Numbered from the stretch's first letter, positions 53,538 to 62,560 are shown. The stretch is 64,000 nucleotides of DNA from Candidatus Gastranaerophilales bacterium (GCA_910587055.1 CAJUKY010000003.1:34499-98498), one strand, 5' to 3'. Notes: generated from the sequence alone by a model not told the origin. A program made the numbers and translations.

Positions 53538-54407
53538 ATGCACAATCTGGTACTTTTCTGCAAAACTTTTATAAGAGATTTAGATAAAATGAAGACGCTC
53601 AAACAGAGTGTTGATAAATTTAATGCGGATAAAATACCGTTTTGTATAGCATGCCCTGAAGCTGAAATTGAGATATTTAAAAAGCATCTTAAAACCGGTA
53701 AGGAAGATTATGAATTAATTTTCCTTACCGATGAAGAAATTGCGGGCAGAGAACTTACAGCAAAATATAAAGACAAAGGCTGGGTAGGCCAGCAGTTTAT
53801 AAAACTTTTATTTTATAAAACAAATGTGTGCAATTTTTATGTAATTCTTGATTCGGATTTGTATTTTATACAAGATTTCCACATCAGCGACTTTATGTAT
53901 GATGAAAGCACACCTTATATCTCAATGACGGAAGAGAGAAAAGAAGAATACGCGAAAATTCAAAACTATTTAAAGAGAAAAGGCAAAACATACGGATTTG
54001 TAAGGCACGGGCAGGTTTTTTCATGCCGGCTCCTTTATGATATGGAAGAAAATCTGCTCAATAAAAACAATATTACATTTGAAGATTTGCTTAAAATTTC
54101 CCCCTTTGAGATGCAATGGTACGGCGAATATTATATGATTAAGAGACCTTTTGAACTTTATCCCTGTAACAGGTTATTCAGATATTTCTGGGGGGAAGAT
54201 TTATACCTTGATGCAAAAAGAAGAGGACTAACCGTTGAAGATTTTATAAAAGAAGGATGTCTCGGGATTTTAATGCAAACATACTGGATAAAAGACAACA
54301 TTTACAAACCTTCTTTATTTTATGTATTTTTAAGAAAATTGCGCACCATACCAAGAAGAACACAAAACTTTATAAAAAATAAAATTTTACGCCGTTTTAA
54401 AAGATAA
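53538..54407 (+). CDS. Hypothetical protein, possibly nucleotide-sugar transferase-like
   Basis: 289 aa. GWVGQQFIKLL and ILDSDLYF (DxD-like) segments. Follows the mutase-like gene by 14 nt. Assignment is tentative. Confidence 0.5.
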   Translation: MHNLVLFCKTFIRDLDKMKTLKQSVDKFNADKIPFCIACPEAEIEIFKKHLKTGKEDYELIFLTDEEIAGRELTAKYKDKGWVGQQFIKLLFYKTNVCNFYVILDSDLYFIQDFHISDFMYDESTPYISMTEERKEEYAKIQNYLKRKGKTYGFVRHGQVFSCRLLYDMEENLLNKNNITFEDLLKISPFEMQWYGEYYMIKRPFELYPCNRLFRYFWGEDLYLDAKRRGLTVEDFIKEGCLGILMQTYWIKDNIYKPSLFYVFLRKLRTIPRRTQNFIKNKILRRFKR

Positions 54408-54459
54408 TAAAAACAGAACCCGTATAAAGCCCTGTTTTTAAAATAAAATTATAAACCTT

Positions 54460-54786
54460 TTAGCCTAAATACTTTTCAATATTTGAAACGATGGCGGATT
54501 TCGGCATTAAGCCTACAAGGGTTTCTTTCGGCTCGCCGTTTTTAAAGATTACAATACTCGGAAGCCCTGAAATTTGATATTCTTTTGCGGTTTTAAGGTT
54601 TTCATCCGTATTAATTTTTGCAACCCTGATTTTACCTTCAAATTCGCCTGCAATTTCATCAAGAACAGGTCCCATTTTTCTGCAGGGTCCGCACCAGGGT
54701 GCCCAAAAATCAACCACGGTTACAGAATCATTTTTTAAAACTTCACTTTCAAAAGTAGAGTCTGTTATATCGATAGCATTACTCAT
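54460..54786 (-). CDS. trxA: Thioredoxin
   Basis: VVDFWAPWCGPCRKMGP active site. 108 aa. Confidence 0.95.
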   Translation of the reverse strand: MSNAIDITDSTFESEVLKNDSVTVVDFWAPWCGPCRKMGPVLDEIAGEFEGKIRVAKINTDENLKTAKEYQISGLPSIVIFKNGEPKETLVGLMPKSAIVSNIEKYLG

Positions 54787-54852
54787 AAAAGCTTAATTCT
54801 CCTTATTTATATCATTTTGTATTATAATCATGACCATATTATATGTCAAAAA

Positions 54853-55503
54853 ATGAGTCATGGTATGAATATTGATAAAATAGTTGAAAGCTTAAAAAAA
54901 GACAATTCGACAAATAGAGTAGTCCAAACGGAATTTGTAAAATTTATGGAAAAGGTAAATGACCCTTTTCTTGTTTTAATTTGCTGCATTTTAAGCTTGC
55001 GCACCAATGATAAAACAACATATCCCTGCTCTATGAGAATGCTGGAACTTGGCAAAACGCCTGAAGAGATTTCAAAACTTGATGTTGACACCCTTGCAAA
55101 GGCAATTTATCCTGTGGGTTTTTATCAAAACAAAGCAGAGCAGATTATCAATTTATCAAAAGAACTTGTGGAAAAATATAATTCAAAAGTGCCTGATACC
55201 ATTGAAGAACTTGTAAAATTTAAAGGCGTGGGGCGAAAAACAGCAAATCTTGTTTTAACAAAGGGATTTAATAAGCCTGCAATATGCGTGGATGTGCATG
55301 TTCACAGGATAAGCAACCGTCTCGGGTATGTTGAAACAAAAAATCCCGAGGAAACAGAATTTGCACTAAGAGAGAAACTCCCGAAAAAATACTGGATAGA
55401 TTTTAACACGCTGCTTGTAACACATGGGCAGAATGTATGTAAACCCATAAAGCCAAACTGTGCAGAATGTTCAATTGAAAAGTATTGTAAAAAGAGGATA
55501 TAA
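54853..55503 (+). CDS. nth: Endonuclease III (DNA glycosylase/AP lyase)
   Basis: HhH GVGRKTANLVL. Catalytic-region VDVHVHRISNRLG. Fe-S cluster C-x6-C-x2-C-x5-C (CKPIKPNCAECSIEKYC). The ORF-track TTG start (54817) overlaps a TATAAT box, so I prefer the ATG at 54853. Confidence 0.9.
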   Translation: MSHGMNIDKIVESLKKDNSTNRVVQTEFVKFMEKVNDPFLVLICCILSLRTNDKTTYPCSMRMLELGKTPEEISKLDVDTLAKAIYPVGFYQNKAEQIINLSKELVEKYNSKVPDTIEELVKFKGVGRKTANLVLTKGFNKPAICVDVHVHRISNRLGYVETKNPEETEFALREKLPKKYWIDFNTLLVTHGQNVCKPIKPNCAECSIEKYCKKRI

Positions 55504-55578
55504 GACTTGGTGAAATCAGATTTTCTACTCTGGTTTTTGTTAATTCATCTATGTGTTGATTATAGCATTATTACAATA

Positions 55579-55845
55579 TTAATCAAAATCAAATAAATCT
55601 TTAGGATGAACACCCAGACGGTCAGCTATAATCTTGATTTTTGACAAGGTTATATCAGTTTTCCCTATTTCAACCATACTGATAGTTGAACGCGAAATAT
55701 TTTTCAGATTTGAAAAATCATCTTGCACTAAACCCTTTTCCTTTCTTATTTTTTTTAAATGTTTTGCAAATTTTTGTAAATATTCCTTGTCCATTTTTAA
55801 ATTATCAACTATACTGGCATTATTAACAACCAATATCATTGGCAT
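55579..55845 (-). CDS. Small XRE-family HTH regulator
   Basis: LKKIRKEKGLVQDDFSNLKNISRSTISMVEIGK. The likely true start is the internal Met at 55794 (71 aa). Confidence 0.75.
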   Translation of the reverse strand: MPMILVVNNASIVDNLKMDKEYLQKFAKHLKKIRKEKGLVQDDFSNLKNISRSTISMVEIGKTDITLSKIKIIADRLGVHPKDLFDFD

Positions 55846-55866
55846 TTTATCAAAGGAGATTTTAAA

Positions 55867-56046
55867 ATGAACGATAAAGAAAAACTTGAATTTGTTAAAG
55901 AAGAAATAACTAAATTAAACTATTTAAATTCCATCCTTACGGATGCAATATCATACCATCAGGAAACATCCGATATAAACCCGCAATTCCTCTATCTTAA
56001 CGATATCATGAAAGACAAGTTCGCCAATATTTTAAGCACTTTATAA
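55867..56046 (+). CDS. 59-aa hypothetical protein (below the ORF-track cutoff)
   Basis: AAGGAG SD 8 nt upstream of the ATG at 55867. MNDKEKLEFVKEEITKLNYLNSILTDAISYHQETSDINPQFLYLNDIMKDKFANILSTL. Stop at 56044-56046. Confidence 0.4.
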   Translation: MNDKEKLEFVKEEITKLNYLNSILTDAISYHQETSDINPQFLYLNDIMKDKFANILSTL

Positions 56047-56048
56047 TA

Positions 56049-56077
56049 TTGACAACCGTTAGTTTACAGTTTATAAT
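56049..56077 (+). promoter_or_regulatory. Perfect consensus sigma70 promoter (TTGACA-17 nt-TATAAT) for higBA
   Basis: Read directly: ttgaca 56049-56054 and tataat 56072-56077. The higB ATG is only 8 nt past the -10 box. Confidence 0.65.
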
Positions 56078-56085
56078 ATAGATGT

Positions 56086-56364
56086 ATGATAAAATCATTC
56101 AAACATAAAGGCTTGGAAAATTTCTTTAAAACCGGCTCCACAAAAGGCATCCAAGCCATACATCAATATAAAATCAGAGAAATTTTGTCAATTTTAAACA
56201 AAATGAAAGATTTTGCACCTTTAACATTACCATCATATAGACTACATAAATTAAAAGGTGATATGAAAGACATCTGGTCAGTTACAGTACAGGCAAATTG
56301 GCGCATAACTTTTGATTTTAAGGATGAAGATGTTTATATAGTTGATTATAAAGACTATCACTAA
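56086..56364 (+). CDS. higB: HigB-type toxin (plasmid maintenance system killer, RelE/ParE superfamily)
   Basis: MIKSFKHKGLENFF...LHKLKGDMKDIWSVTVQANWRITFDF..VDYKDYH is a very typical family sequence. Confidence 0.9.
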   Translation: MIKSFKHKGLENFFKTGSTKGIQAIHQYKIREILSILNKMKDFAPLTLPSYRLHKLKGDMKDIWSVTVQANWRITFDFKDEDVYIVDYKDYH

Positions 56365-56378
56365 GAAAGGAATAACTT

Positions 56379-56663
56379 ATGGAAATGTACAATCCATGCC
56401 ATCCGGGCGAGATATTAAAAAATACCTATTTGCCTGATTATAATTTGTCCGTTTCAGCTTTTGCCATAAAAATCGGTGTATCAAGAACAACTGCATCAGA
56501 ACTTGTAAACTGCAAAAATCGCATTACGGCTGAAATGGCGGTTAAACTTGAAAAAGCTTTCAAAGTACCTGCGCAATTCTGGCTTGATATGCAGCAGCAA
56601 TACGATTTATGGCATGCCAGACAGCGCGTAAACCTTGATAACGTGGAAGTTATAGCATTATAA
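56379..56663 (+). CDS. higA: HigA-type antitoxin (HTH, XRE family)
   Basis: HPGEILKNTYLPDYNLSVSAFAIKIGVSRTTASELVNCKNRITAEMAVKLEKAF..FWLDMQQQYDL. Confidence 0.9.
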   Translation: MEMYNPCHPGEILKNTYLPDYNLSVSAFAIKIGVSRTTASELVNCKNRITAEMAVKLEKAFKVPAQFWLDMQQQYDLWHARQRVNLDNVEVIAL

Positions 56664-56666
56664 TTT

Positions 56667-56694
56667 AAAAGCCCCATATTTCAGGGGCTTTTTT
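56667..56694. terminator. Bidirectional intrinsic terminator between higA and the ferritin gene
   Basis: aaaagcccc (56667-56675) pairs with ggggc (56684-56688), followed by tttttt (56689-56694). Confidence 0.8.
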
Positions 56695-56762
56695 AAGAAT
56701 CGGAAATTGTTTTAACAAGAAAGTCTTTTATTCCGGCAAATTTTTATATTTTCTGTCAGAAA

Positions 56763-57266
56763 TTATTCCACATAATTATTTTCAATTTTCAATTCGCGGT
56801 CAATATTTACAATTTCGCATTCACAATCTTTAATATAGCTCATCTTATCAAGCATAGATTGGAAAAGATGCTCTTCTTCAACCTGTTCCTGTACAAACCA
56901 CTGCATAAAAACTTCGAGCGGATAATCATTTTTTTCTTTAGAATCTTTATAAATTCTATGAATATTATCGGTTACAAATTTTTCATGGTCTAAAGCCGCA
57001 TTAATCGCATCAATAGGGTTATTCCAGTTTGTATCAGGTGCATCAATTTTTAACAAGTTCACCTTTTCATCACGAAGAATTATGTAATCATAAATTCTTT
57101 TAGCATGTTCAAGTTCTTCTTTTGCATGGTTTTTTGTTAATTTTGCAAAGCCTTCCATATTAATTTCGGCAAAATATGTTGCCATACCAAAATAAAGGTA
57201 GGAGGCAAAAAATTCTCTGTTTAATTGAGCGTTTAAATCTTCTAAAAGTTTTGTATCCATTCTCAT
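56763..57266 (-). CDS. ftn: Non-haem ferritin
   Basis: LNAQLNREFFASYLYFGMATYF...EELEHAKRIYDYI ferroxidase-centre residues. Confidence 0.9.
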   Translation of the reverse strand: MRMDTKLLEDLNAQLNREFFASYLYFGMATYFAEINMEGFAKLTKNHAKEELEHAKRIYDYIILRDEKVNLLKIDAPDTNWNNPIDAINAALDHEKFVTDNIHRIYKDSKEKNDYPLEVFMQWFVQEQVEEEHLFQSMLDKMSYIKDCECEIVNIDRELKIENNYVE

Positions 57267-57269
57267 TTT

Positions 57270-57716
57270 TTATTCCTCCCCTTGATTTGCGTAAAGTCCA
57301 TGGATATTGCAATATTCCCTTGCTTTAAGGCCGTCTGCCTTCCCGAGGTTGCTTCTGCAGTTTATTGTGATTTCCGGTGCTTCGCCGGGGTATAAATATT
57401 CTCTGTGAATGGTTTTGCCGCTTTTTGAAATTGCTTCAATGAATTGAATGTAATGGCTTTCTTCCATCGGGTGCGGAAACTCCCCCACTCTGATTTTCAC
57501 CCCTGATCTTTCACATTCATAATCAATAACGGGAACATGCTTTTCATTCTTGCCGCAGTTGCCGTCAATACTGCAAGAGCCTTCCGAATCACTTGATGCG
57601 GGAATTAACAGCTCCATCTCCTCGCCGCAGCAAACAAGTGCGCCATCCCCGTTTAATACAACTTCTACAATGTTTTTGCAGACATTACACCTGTATAGTT
57701 CTAATTTTTGTGTCAT
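57270..57716 (-). CDS. dfx: Desulfoferrodoxin (2Fe superoxide reductase)
   Basis: N-terminal desulforedoxin CNVCKN...VCCGEEM. C-terminal SOR centre (EKHVPVI, HPMEESHYIQF, CNIHGL). 3-nt gap to ftn. Confidence 0.9.
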   Translation of the reverse strand: MTQKLELYRCNVCKNIVEVVLNGDGALVCCGEEMELLIPASSDSEGSCSIDGNCGKNEKHVPVIDYECERSGVKIRVGEFPHPMEESHYIQFIEAISKSGKTIHREYLYPGEAPEITINCRSNLGKADGLKAREYCNIHGLYANQGEE

Positions 57717-57789
57717 TTTAATATCCTTTTACCTTAATCCTGAATTCACCTCAGGATTAAACGGTATACCGGAGAAAAACCCTGAAGTA

Positions 57790-59442
57790 TCACTTTTTAA
57801 AATGAAACAAAAATCCGTGTTTTTTATTCACTGCCCTGTTATTACCCAGCTTTATATAATTTCTGAATTCTTCTTTTGCTTTTTGAATTGCATCAATTTC
57901 TTCAAAGAAAATTTCATCATCATTAAGCTGTCTTTCAATATTTAATTCATTTATCTGTTTTAAGATATCAACATTTCTTAAAACCAGATAAACCTTTACT
58001 CCCTGTGATTTTAACCTTGTTAAAATATCCTCAAGTGCAAAAACCGCACTTATATCAAGCTTTCTGTCCGAATCATAACAAAGAATTATATGTTTTGTAC
58101 CCAAAAGTTCTTCAAACTGCGAAATAATCTGCGAAGCGGAGCCAAAGAAAAATTCTCCCTGAATATGCACAACCCTTATTTTATAATCACTTTCATCATG
58201 GAGCCTTTTTTCAAGCCTTACAATTTCGCTGTCATCCACTTCTTTAATATTGAGAGTCGTTTTATCCGCAAGCTGTTTTGCAAAAAGTGCCGCAGAAAGC
58301 GTAATTCCAACCCCCACTGCAAAAATAATATCGTGAAAAATCGTAAGGAAGAAAACAAGCAGCATTACGGTTAAATCTTCCTTCGGGGCACAGTGGAGAA
58401 CCTTTAAAAGTTTTGTATCAATAATATTGTACCCGACACGTATCAAAATAGCCGCAAGTGTTGCCATAGGCACCATATTGACAAGTTCATCCCCGTAGAG
58501 AATTGCAAAAAGTATTAATATTCCGCAAAAAATTGTGGATAATTTTGTTGTTGCACCCGTTTTAATAGCCGCAACGGAACGCATAGCTGCACCTGCGCCT
58601 GAAATTCCGCCAAAGAGCGAGGCTATCGAATTACCTATGCCCTGTGCAAAAATAAGAGCTTGATTATTTATTTTCTTTTTGGTTAAAGATGTTACAACAA
58701 GCCCGCTCATAAGGCTTTCTGTAGAGCAGATTACAGCAACCATAACAGCAAGGCTGGATATTCTTATAATATTTGAAAAATCGGCAGTCACAATTGAAGG
58801 CAGAGTTCCTGTTAAGCCTGAGATTGTGGGTACATCCATTTTATAAGCCCAGGCAATAATTGTACCAAAAATTATCGCAAAAATTTCAGACGGTATATAT
58901 TTTTTTATGATTTTCGGGGTGTAAATTAAAACCCCAAGGCTGAATAAACCTATTACAAGGGCATCTGTATTAATATTTGATAAAATATGAGAGAAATTTT
59001 TAAACGTTGCAAGCGGTGTAGAATAAGCTTTTATACCCATTAAAGGAGCAATCTGCAAAATAATAAGAATAACACCCACGCCGTTCATAAAACCGGAAAT
59101 TACAGGATACGGCACATATTTTACAAGGTTTGGGATTTTTGTAAAAGATAAAATAATCTGAAAAACGCTTGCCAGGAATAATACAGCCCACAGGGCATTT
59201 ACGTTGCCGCCGAGACCCGCATAAATTGATGCGATGATAATAGCCGTAGGGCCTGTCGGGCCTGAAATTAAGGGTACATTTATCCCGAAAATCCCTGAAA
59301 ATAAACACAGAAACATCGCACCGTAAAGTCCCGAAAGCGCCCCTGCTCCTGTCATTGTACCGAAAGCAAGCGCCTGCGGAAGTGCAATTGCCGCCGCGAT
59401 AAAACCGCCTATTAAATCTCCTGACACATTTCTTATATTCAT
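57790..59442 (-). CDS. SulP-family anion transporter with C-terminal STAS domain
   Basis: DLIGGFIAAAIALPQALAFG N-terminus, polytopic core and a STAS-like C-terminus (IRVVHIQGEFFFGSA). Confidence 0.9.
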   Translation of the reverse strand: MNIRNVSGDLIGGFIAAAIALPQALAFGTMTGAGALSGLYGAMFLCLFSGIFGINVPLISGPTGPTAIIIASIYAGLGGNVNALWAVLFLASVFQIILSFTKIPNLVKYVPYPVISGFMNGVGVILIILQIAPLMGIKAYSTPLATFKNFSHILSNINTDALVIGLFSLGVLIYTPKIIKKYIPSEIFAIIFGTIIAWAYKMDVPTISGLTGTLPSIVTADFSNIIRISSLAVMVAVICSTESLMSGLVVTSLTKKKINNQALIFAQGIGNSIASLFGGISGAGAAMRSVAAIKTGATTKLSTIFCGILILFAILYGDELVNMVPMATLAAILIRVGYNIIDTKLLKVLHCAPKEDLTVMLLVFFLTIFHDIIFAVGVGITLSAALFAKQLADKTTLNIKEVDDSEIVRLEKRLHDESDYKIRVVHIQGEFFFGSASQIISQFEELLGTKHIILCYDSDRKLDISAVFALEDILTRLKSQGVKVYLVLRNVDILKQINELNIERQLNDDEIFFEEIDAIQKAKEEFRNYIKLGNNRAVNKKHGFLFHFKK

Positions 59443-59515
59443 AGTATAATTTGATTATAACAAAAACTTTTTTAAAAATAATTTTTAAATACACTTTTTG
59501 GAGTTGGATTAAAGT

Positions 59516-61231
59516 ATGACAAAAGAATTATATTCAGGTGCCGAAATAATTTTAAAATCACTGGTACAGGAGGGTGTAACAGAAATTTTCGGATACCCCG
59601 GCGGTCAGGTTATAAAAATTTACGATGCACTATATATGCAAAATGAAATTAAACATTACCTCGTGCGTCATGAACAGGCTGCAATCCATGCTGCTGAAGG
59701 ATATGCAAGAGCAACGGGAAAATGCGGGGTTGCACTTGTAACATCAGGCCCCGGAGCATGCAACACTATTACGGGTATTGCAAATGCTTATTATGACGGA
59801 TACCCGATTGTTGTTTTAACAGGGCAGGTAGGCTTAGCTCAAATAGGAAACGATGCCTTTCAGGAAGCCGATATAGTTGGAATTACACGCTCTTGCTGCA
59901 AGCACAATTATCTTGTAAAAGATATTAAAGACATTCCGCGTGTTATAAAAGAAGCTTTTCATATTGCAACCACAGGAAAACCGGGGCCTGTTGTAATAGA
60001 TTTACCGAGAGATGTTCAAACAGCACAATCAACCTTTGAATACCCTGAAACCATTAAACTTGCAGGATATAACCCGAATTATAAAGGGCATCCGCTTCAA
60101 ATTGCAAAAGCGGTTAAAATGCTGACAGAAGCCCACAGGCCTGTAATTATCTCAGGCGGCGGAGTTTTGATGAGCGATGCACATAAAGAATTACAGAAAT
60201 TTGCACAGCTGATACAAGCGCCCGTTACACACACCCTTATGGGAACGGGAACCTATCCCGATTCGCTTGAATCAAGCCTCGGAATGCTTGGTATGCACGG
60301 TAATTACTGGGCAAATTACGCCGTTGTACATGCTGATGTAATTCTGGCTCTCGGCACACGCTTTAACGATAGAATTACAGGATGCTTAAAACGTTTTGCA
60401 AGGGATTCGCACGTTATCCACGTGGATATCGACCCATGCTCAATTTCAAAAAACGTTAAGGCAGATATACCGATTGTGGGAGATTGTAAGAACGTTCTTC
60501 TCGGTATGATTGAATATTTTGAAAAAAAACAGCCCAATATCTACAAAGATGATAAAGATAAGTGGTTTGCCCAAATTGATGAATGGAAGCAAAAACGCGC
60601 CATTCCGCCGTTTACCGGTGATAAATTAAGCGCAATTACCGTTATACAAAAGCTTTATGAATTAACAAAAAAATACCAGCCCATTGTATGTACGGAAGTA
60701 GGACAGCATCAAATGTGGGCGGCACAGTTGTTTCAGTTTAATGAACCCAGAAAACTTATAACCTCAGGCGGTTTAGGGACTATGGGATTTGGTTTCCCCG
60801 CCGCTATGGGCGCCTGCGCCGGAAAACCGGAACAGCTTGTATTGAATATTGCAGGCGACGGCTCAATCCAGATGAATATTCAAGAGCTTGCAACCTGCGT
60901 GGATTACGGATTTAAAGTAATAAACTGCATTATAAATAACGGATACCTCGGCATGGTGCGCCAGTGGCAGGAAAAGCTTTTTAATAAACACTACAGCGAG
61001 ACAAAAATTTCCGCACCGGATTTTGTAAAAGTGGCTGAAGCATACGGCGCTGTAGGTATTCGGGTAGAACATGAGGATGAAATTGAGCCTGCAATTATAA
61101 AAGCTATTGAGTCAAAATCTCCCGTCTTCATTGATTTTGTGGTTGAAAGCTGTGAGATGGTTTATCCATGGGTACTTGCGGGTGAACCTTTAACAAAGGT
61201 ATTATTATCAAACGAATGTACCGCAAAATAG
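59516..61231 (+). CDS. ilvB: Acetolactate synthase large (catalytic) subunit
   Basis: ThDP enzyme. GYPGG, VTSGPGACN, GGLGTMGFGFPAAMGA, GDGSIQMNIQEL. Confidence 0.95.
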   Translation: MTKELYSGAEIILKSLVQEGVTEIFGYPGGQVIKIYDALYMQNEIKHYLVRHEQAAIHAAEGYARATGKCGVALVTSGPGACNTITGIANAYYDGYPIVVLTGQVGLAQIGNDAFQEADIVGITRSCCKHNYLVKDIKDIPRVIKEAFHIATTGKPGPVVIDLPRDVQTAQSTFEYPETIKLAGYNPNYKGHPLQIAKAVKMLTEAHRPVIISGGGVLMSDAHKELQKFAQLIQAPVTHTLMGTGTYPDSLESSLGMLGMHGNYWANYAVVHADVILALGTRFNDRITGCLKRFARDSHVIHVDIDPCSISKNVKADIPIVGDCKNVLLGMIEYFEKKQPNIYKDDKDKWFAQIDEWKQKRAIPPFTGDKLSAITVIQKLYELTKKYQPIVCTEVGQHQMWAAQLFQFNEPRKLITSGGLGTMGFGFPAAMGACAGKPEQLVLNIAGDGSIQMNIQELATCVDYGFKVINCIINNGYLGMVRQWQEKLFNKHYSETKISAPDFVKVAEAYGAVGIRVEHEDEIEPAIIKAIESKSPVFIDFVVESCEMVYPWVLAGEPLTKVLLSNECTAK

Positions 61232-61281
61232 CCGCAAGAGCTATACGGCAAAGCTAAAAGAAAAATAAAGGAATTTAATAA

Positions 61282-61788
61282 ATGGGCGTTTTTCATACAA
61301 TTTCAATATTGGTTACAAATGAATCAGGTGTGCTTTCGCGCGTAGTAGACCTGTTTTCAGGACGCGGCTATAACATTGAAAGCTTAACCGTGGCACCAAC
61401 CATCGACAGATTATATTCAAGAATAACAATTGTAACGGACGGCGATAATGCCGCAATTGAACAGATAAACAAGCAATTAAACCGTTTAATCCCTGTTATC
61501 AAAGTTGCGGATTTAAATTTAAATGAGGCGCTTGAATGTGAAGTGGCGCTTGTAAAATTAAACTGCAAGGATGAAGAAAAATCAGATATTTTAAGGATAG
61601 TAGATGCTACAGGGTCCAAGATTATTGATGTAACCGATAAATCTTATACAATTCAAACAGTAGGCTCGGAAAAGCAAATTCAGGCACTTGCGGAATTAAT
61701 CAGACCGTATGGCGTGAAAGAGTTTGTAAGAAGCGGAAAAATAGCTATGAGCCGCAGCAACCAGTTTGTAAATATTAAGAATCTGTAG
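61282..61788 (+). CDS. ilvN: Acetolactate synthase small (regulatory) subunit
   Basis: ACT domain HTISILVTNESGVLSRVVDLFSGRGYNIESLTV. 168 aa. Directly after ilvB. Confidence 0.9.
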   Translation: MGVFHTISILVTNESGVLSRVVDLFSGRGYNIESLTVAPTIDRLYSRITIVTDGDNAAIEQINKQLNRLIPVIKVADLNLNEALECEVALVKLNCKDEEKSDILRIVDATGSKIIDVTDKSYTIQTVGSEKQIQALAELIRPYGVKEFVRSGKIAMSRSNQFVNIKNL

Positions 61789-61939
61789 GAGTTTCAGCCT
61801 GCTCTTCATTCTGTTTCATATAAAAAAGATGCGACAGGGAAACTTTCTCGCCATAAGCATCAAGAAGAGCCTGCAGACTTTCTTTTATACACTGGTCAAG
61901 CACTTTCAGCCTTCTTTCAATAAGATTATCAATATCCAT
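61775..61939 (-). CDS. Possible 54-aa helical protein
   Basis: AAAGGA SD about 6 nt before the ATG at 61939. MDIDNLIERRLKVLDQCIKESLQALLDAYGEK.... The 3' end overlaps the ilvN stop by 14 nt. Confidence 0.35.
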   Translation of the reverse strand: MDIDNLIERRLKVLDQCIKESLQALLDAYGEKVSLSHLFYMKQNEEQAETPTDS

Positions 61940-62119
61940 TTTTAATCCTTTCTTTATAAAATGGAGTACAAAACAGAGGGGTACAAAATCTAAAGCGCTT
62001 GATATTTTCAAGGCTTTCAATTAAAATTAAATAGTATTTTAAACTTAATGATTATTTATATAATAAAACAATTGTTTTCTTTTGTCAAGCTTTGTTTTAT
62101 TAAGACAAATTGGAGTTTT

Positions 62120-62326
62120 ATGGAAAAGAATTTTATTAAAGGATATATTGCACAAAACAATTTAAGTATTAAAGAGGTTCATTCCAGATTAGCTGAAAAA
62201 TATGGCTGGAAAGACACGGTACAAAATTTTACAATGAAAATAAACCGCCAAACTCTAAAATACAATGAAATTCTACAAATTGCAGATGTTCTTGGGTATG
62301 AAATTAAATGGGTTGAAAAACCTTAG
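62120..62326 (+). CDS. Possible 68-aa HTH-like small regulator
   Basis: GGAG 4 nt before the ATG at 62120. MEKNFIKGYIAQNNLSIKEVHSRLAEKYG...YNEILQIADVLGYEIKW resembles short phage/XRE-type regulators. Confidence 0.45.
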   Translation: MEKNFIKGYIAQNNLSIKEVHSRLAEKYGWKDTVQNFTMKINRQTLKYNEILQIADVLGYEIKWVEKP

Positions 62327-62357
62327 ACAAACATTACCAAAAGCCCTGCGGCATGGC

Positions 62358-62374
62358 AAAAAAAAAGGGGGGGG
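62358..62374. repeat. A9 G8 double homopolymer tract
   Basis: Read directly: ggc aaaaaaaaa gggggggg tatttt. Intergenic, between the small HTH-like ORF and fliA. Confidence 0.9.
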
Positions 62375-62531
62375 TATTTTCGCAAAATAACCAGGATAGT
62401 ATTCAGTTCTTTAACTTATTTTTTTAAATTTACATCATGTTGCGTAACATTTCTTTACATTTTCATCTGAATAAATGATGTAAAAAACCCGTAATTTTTA
62501 GACAATAAATATGTAAATTGCTATCACATAA

Positions 62532-62560
62532 TTTGCTGTAAATATAGTTTTTACAGCAAA
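62532..62560. promoter_or_regulatory. Perfect 11-bp inverted repeat 38 nt upstream of the fliA start
   Basis: tttgctgtaaa (62532-62542), 7 nt, then tttacagcaaa (62550-62560). Confidence 0.5.
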
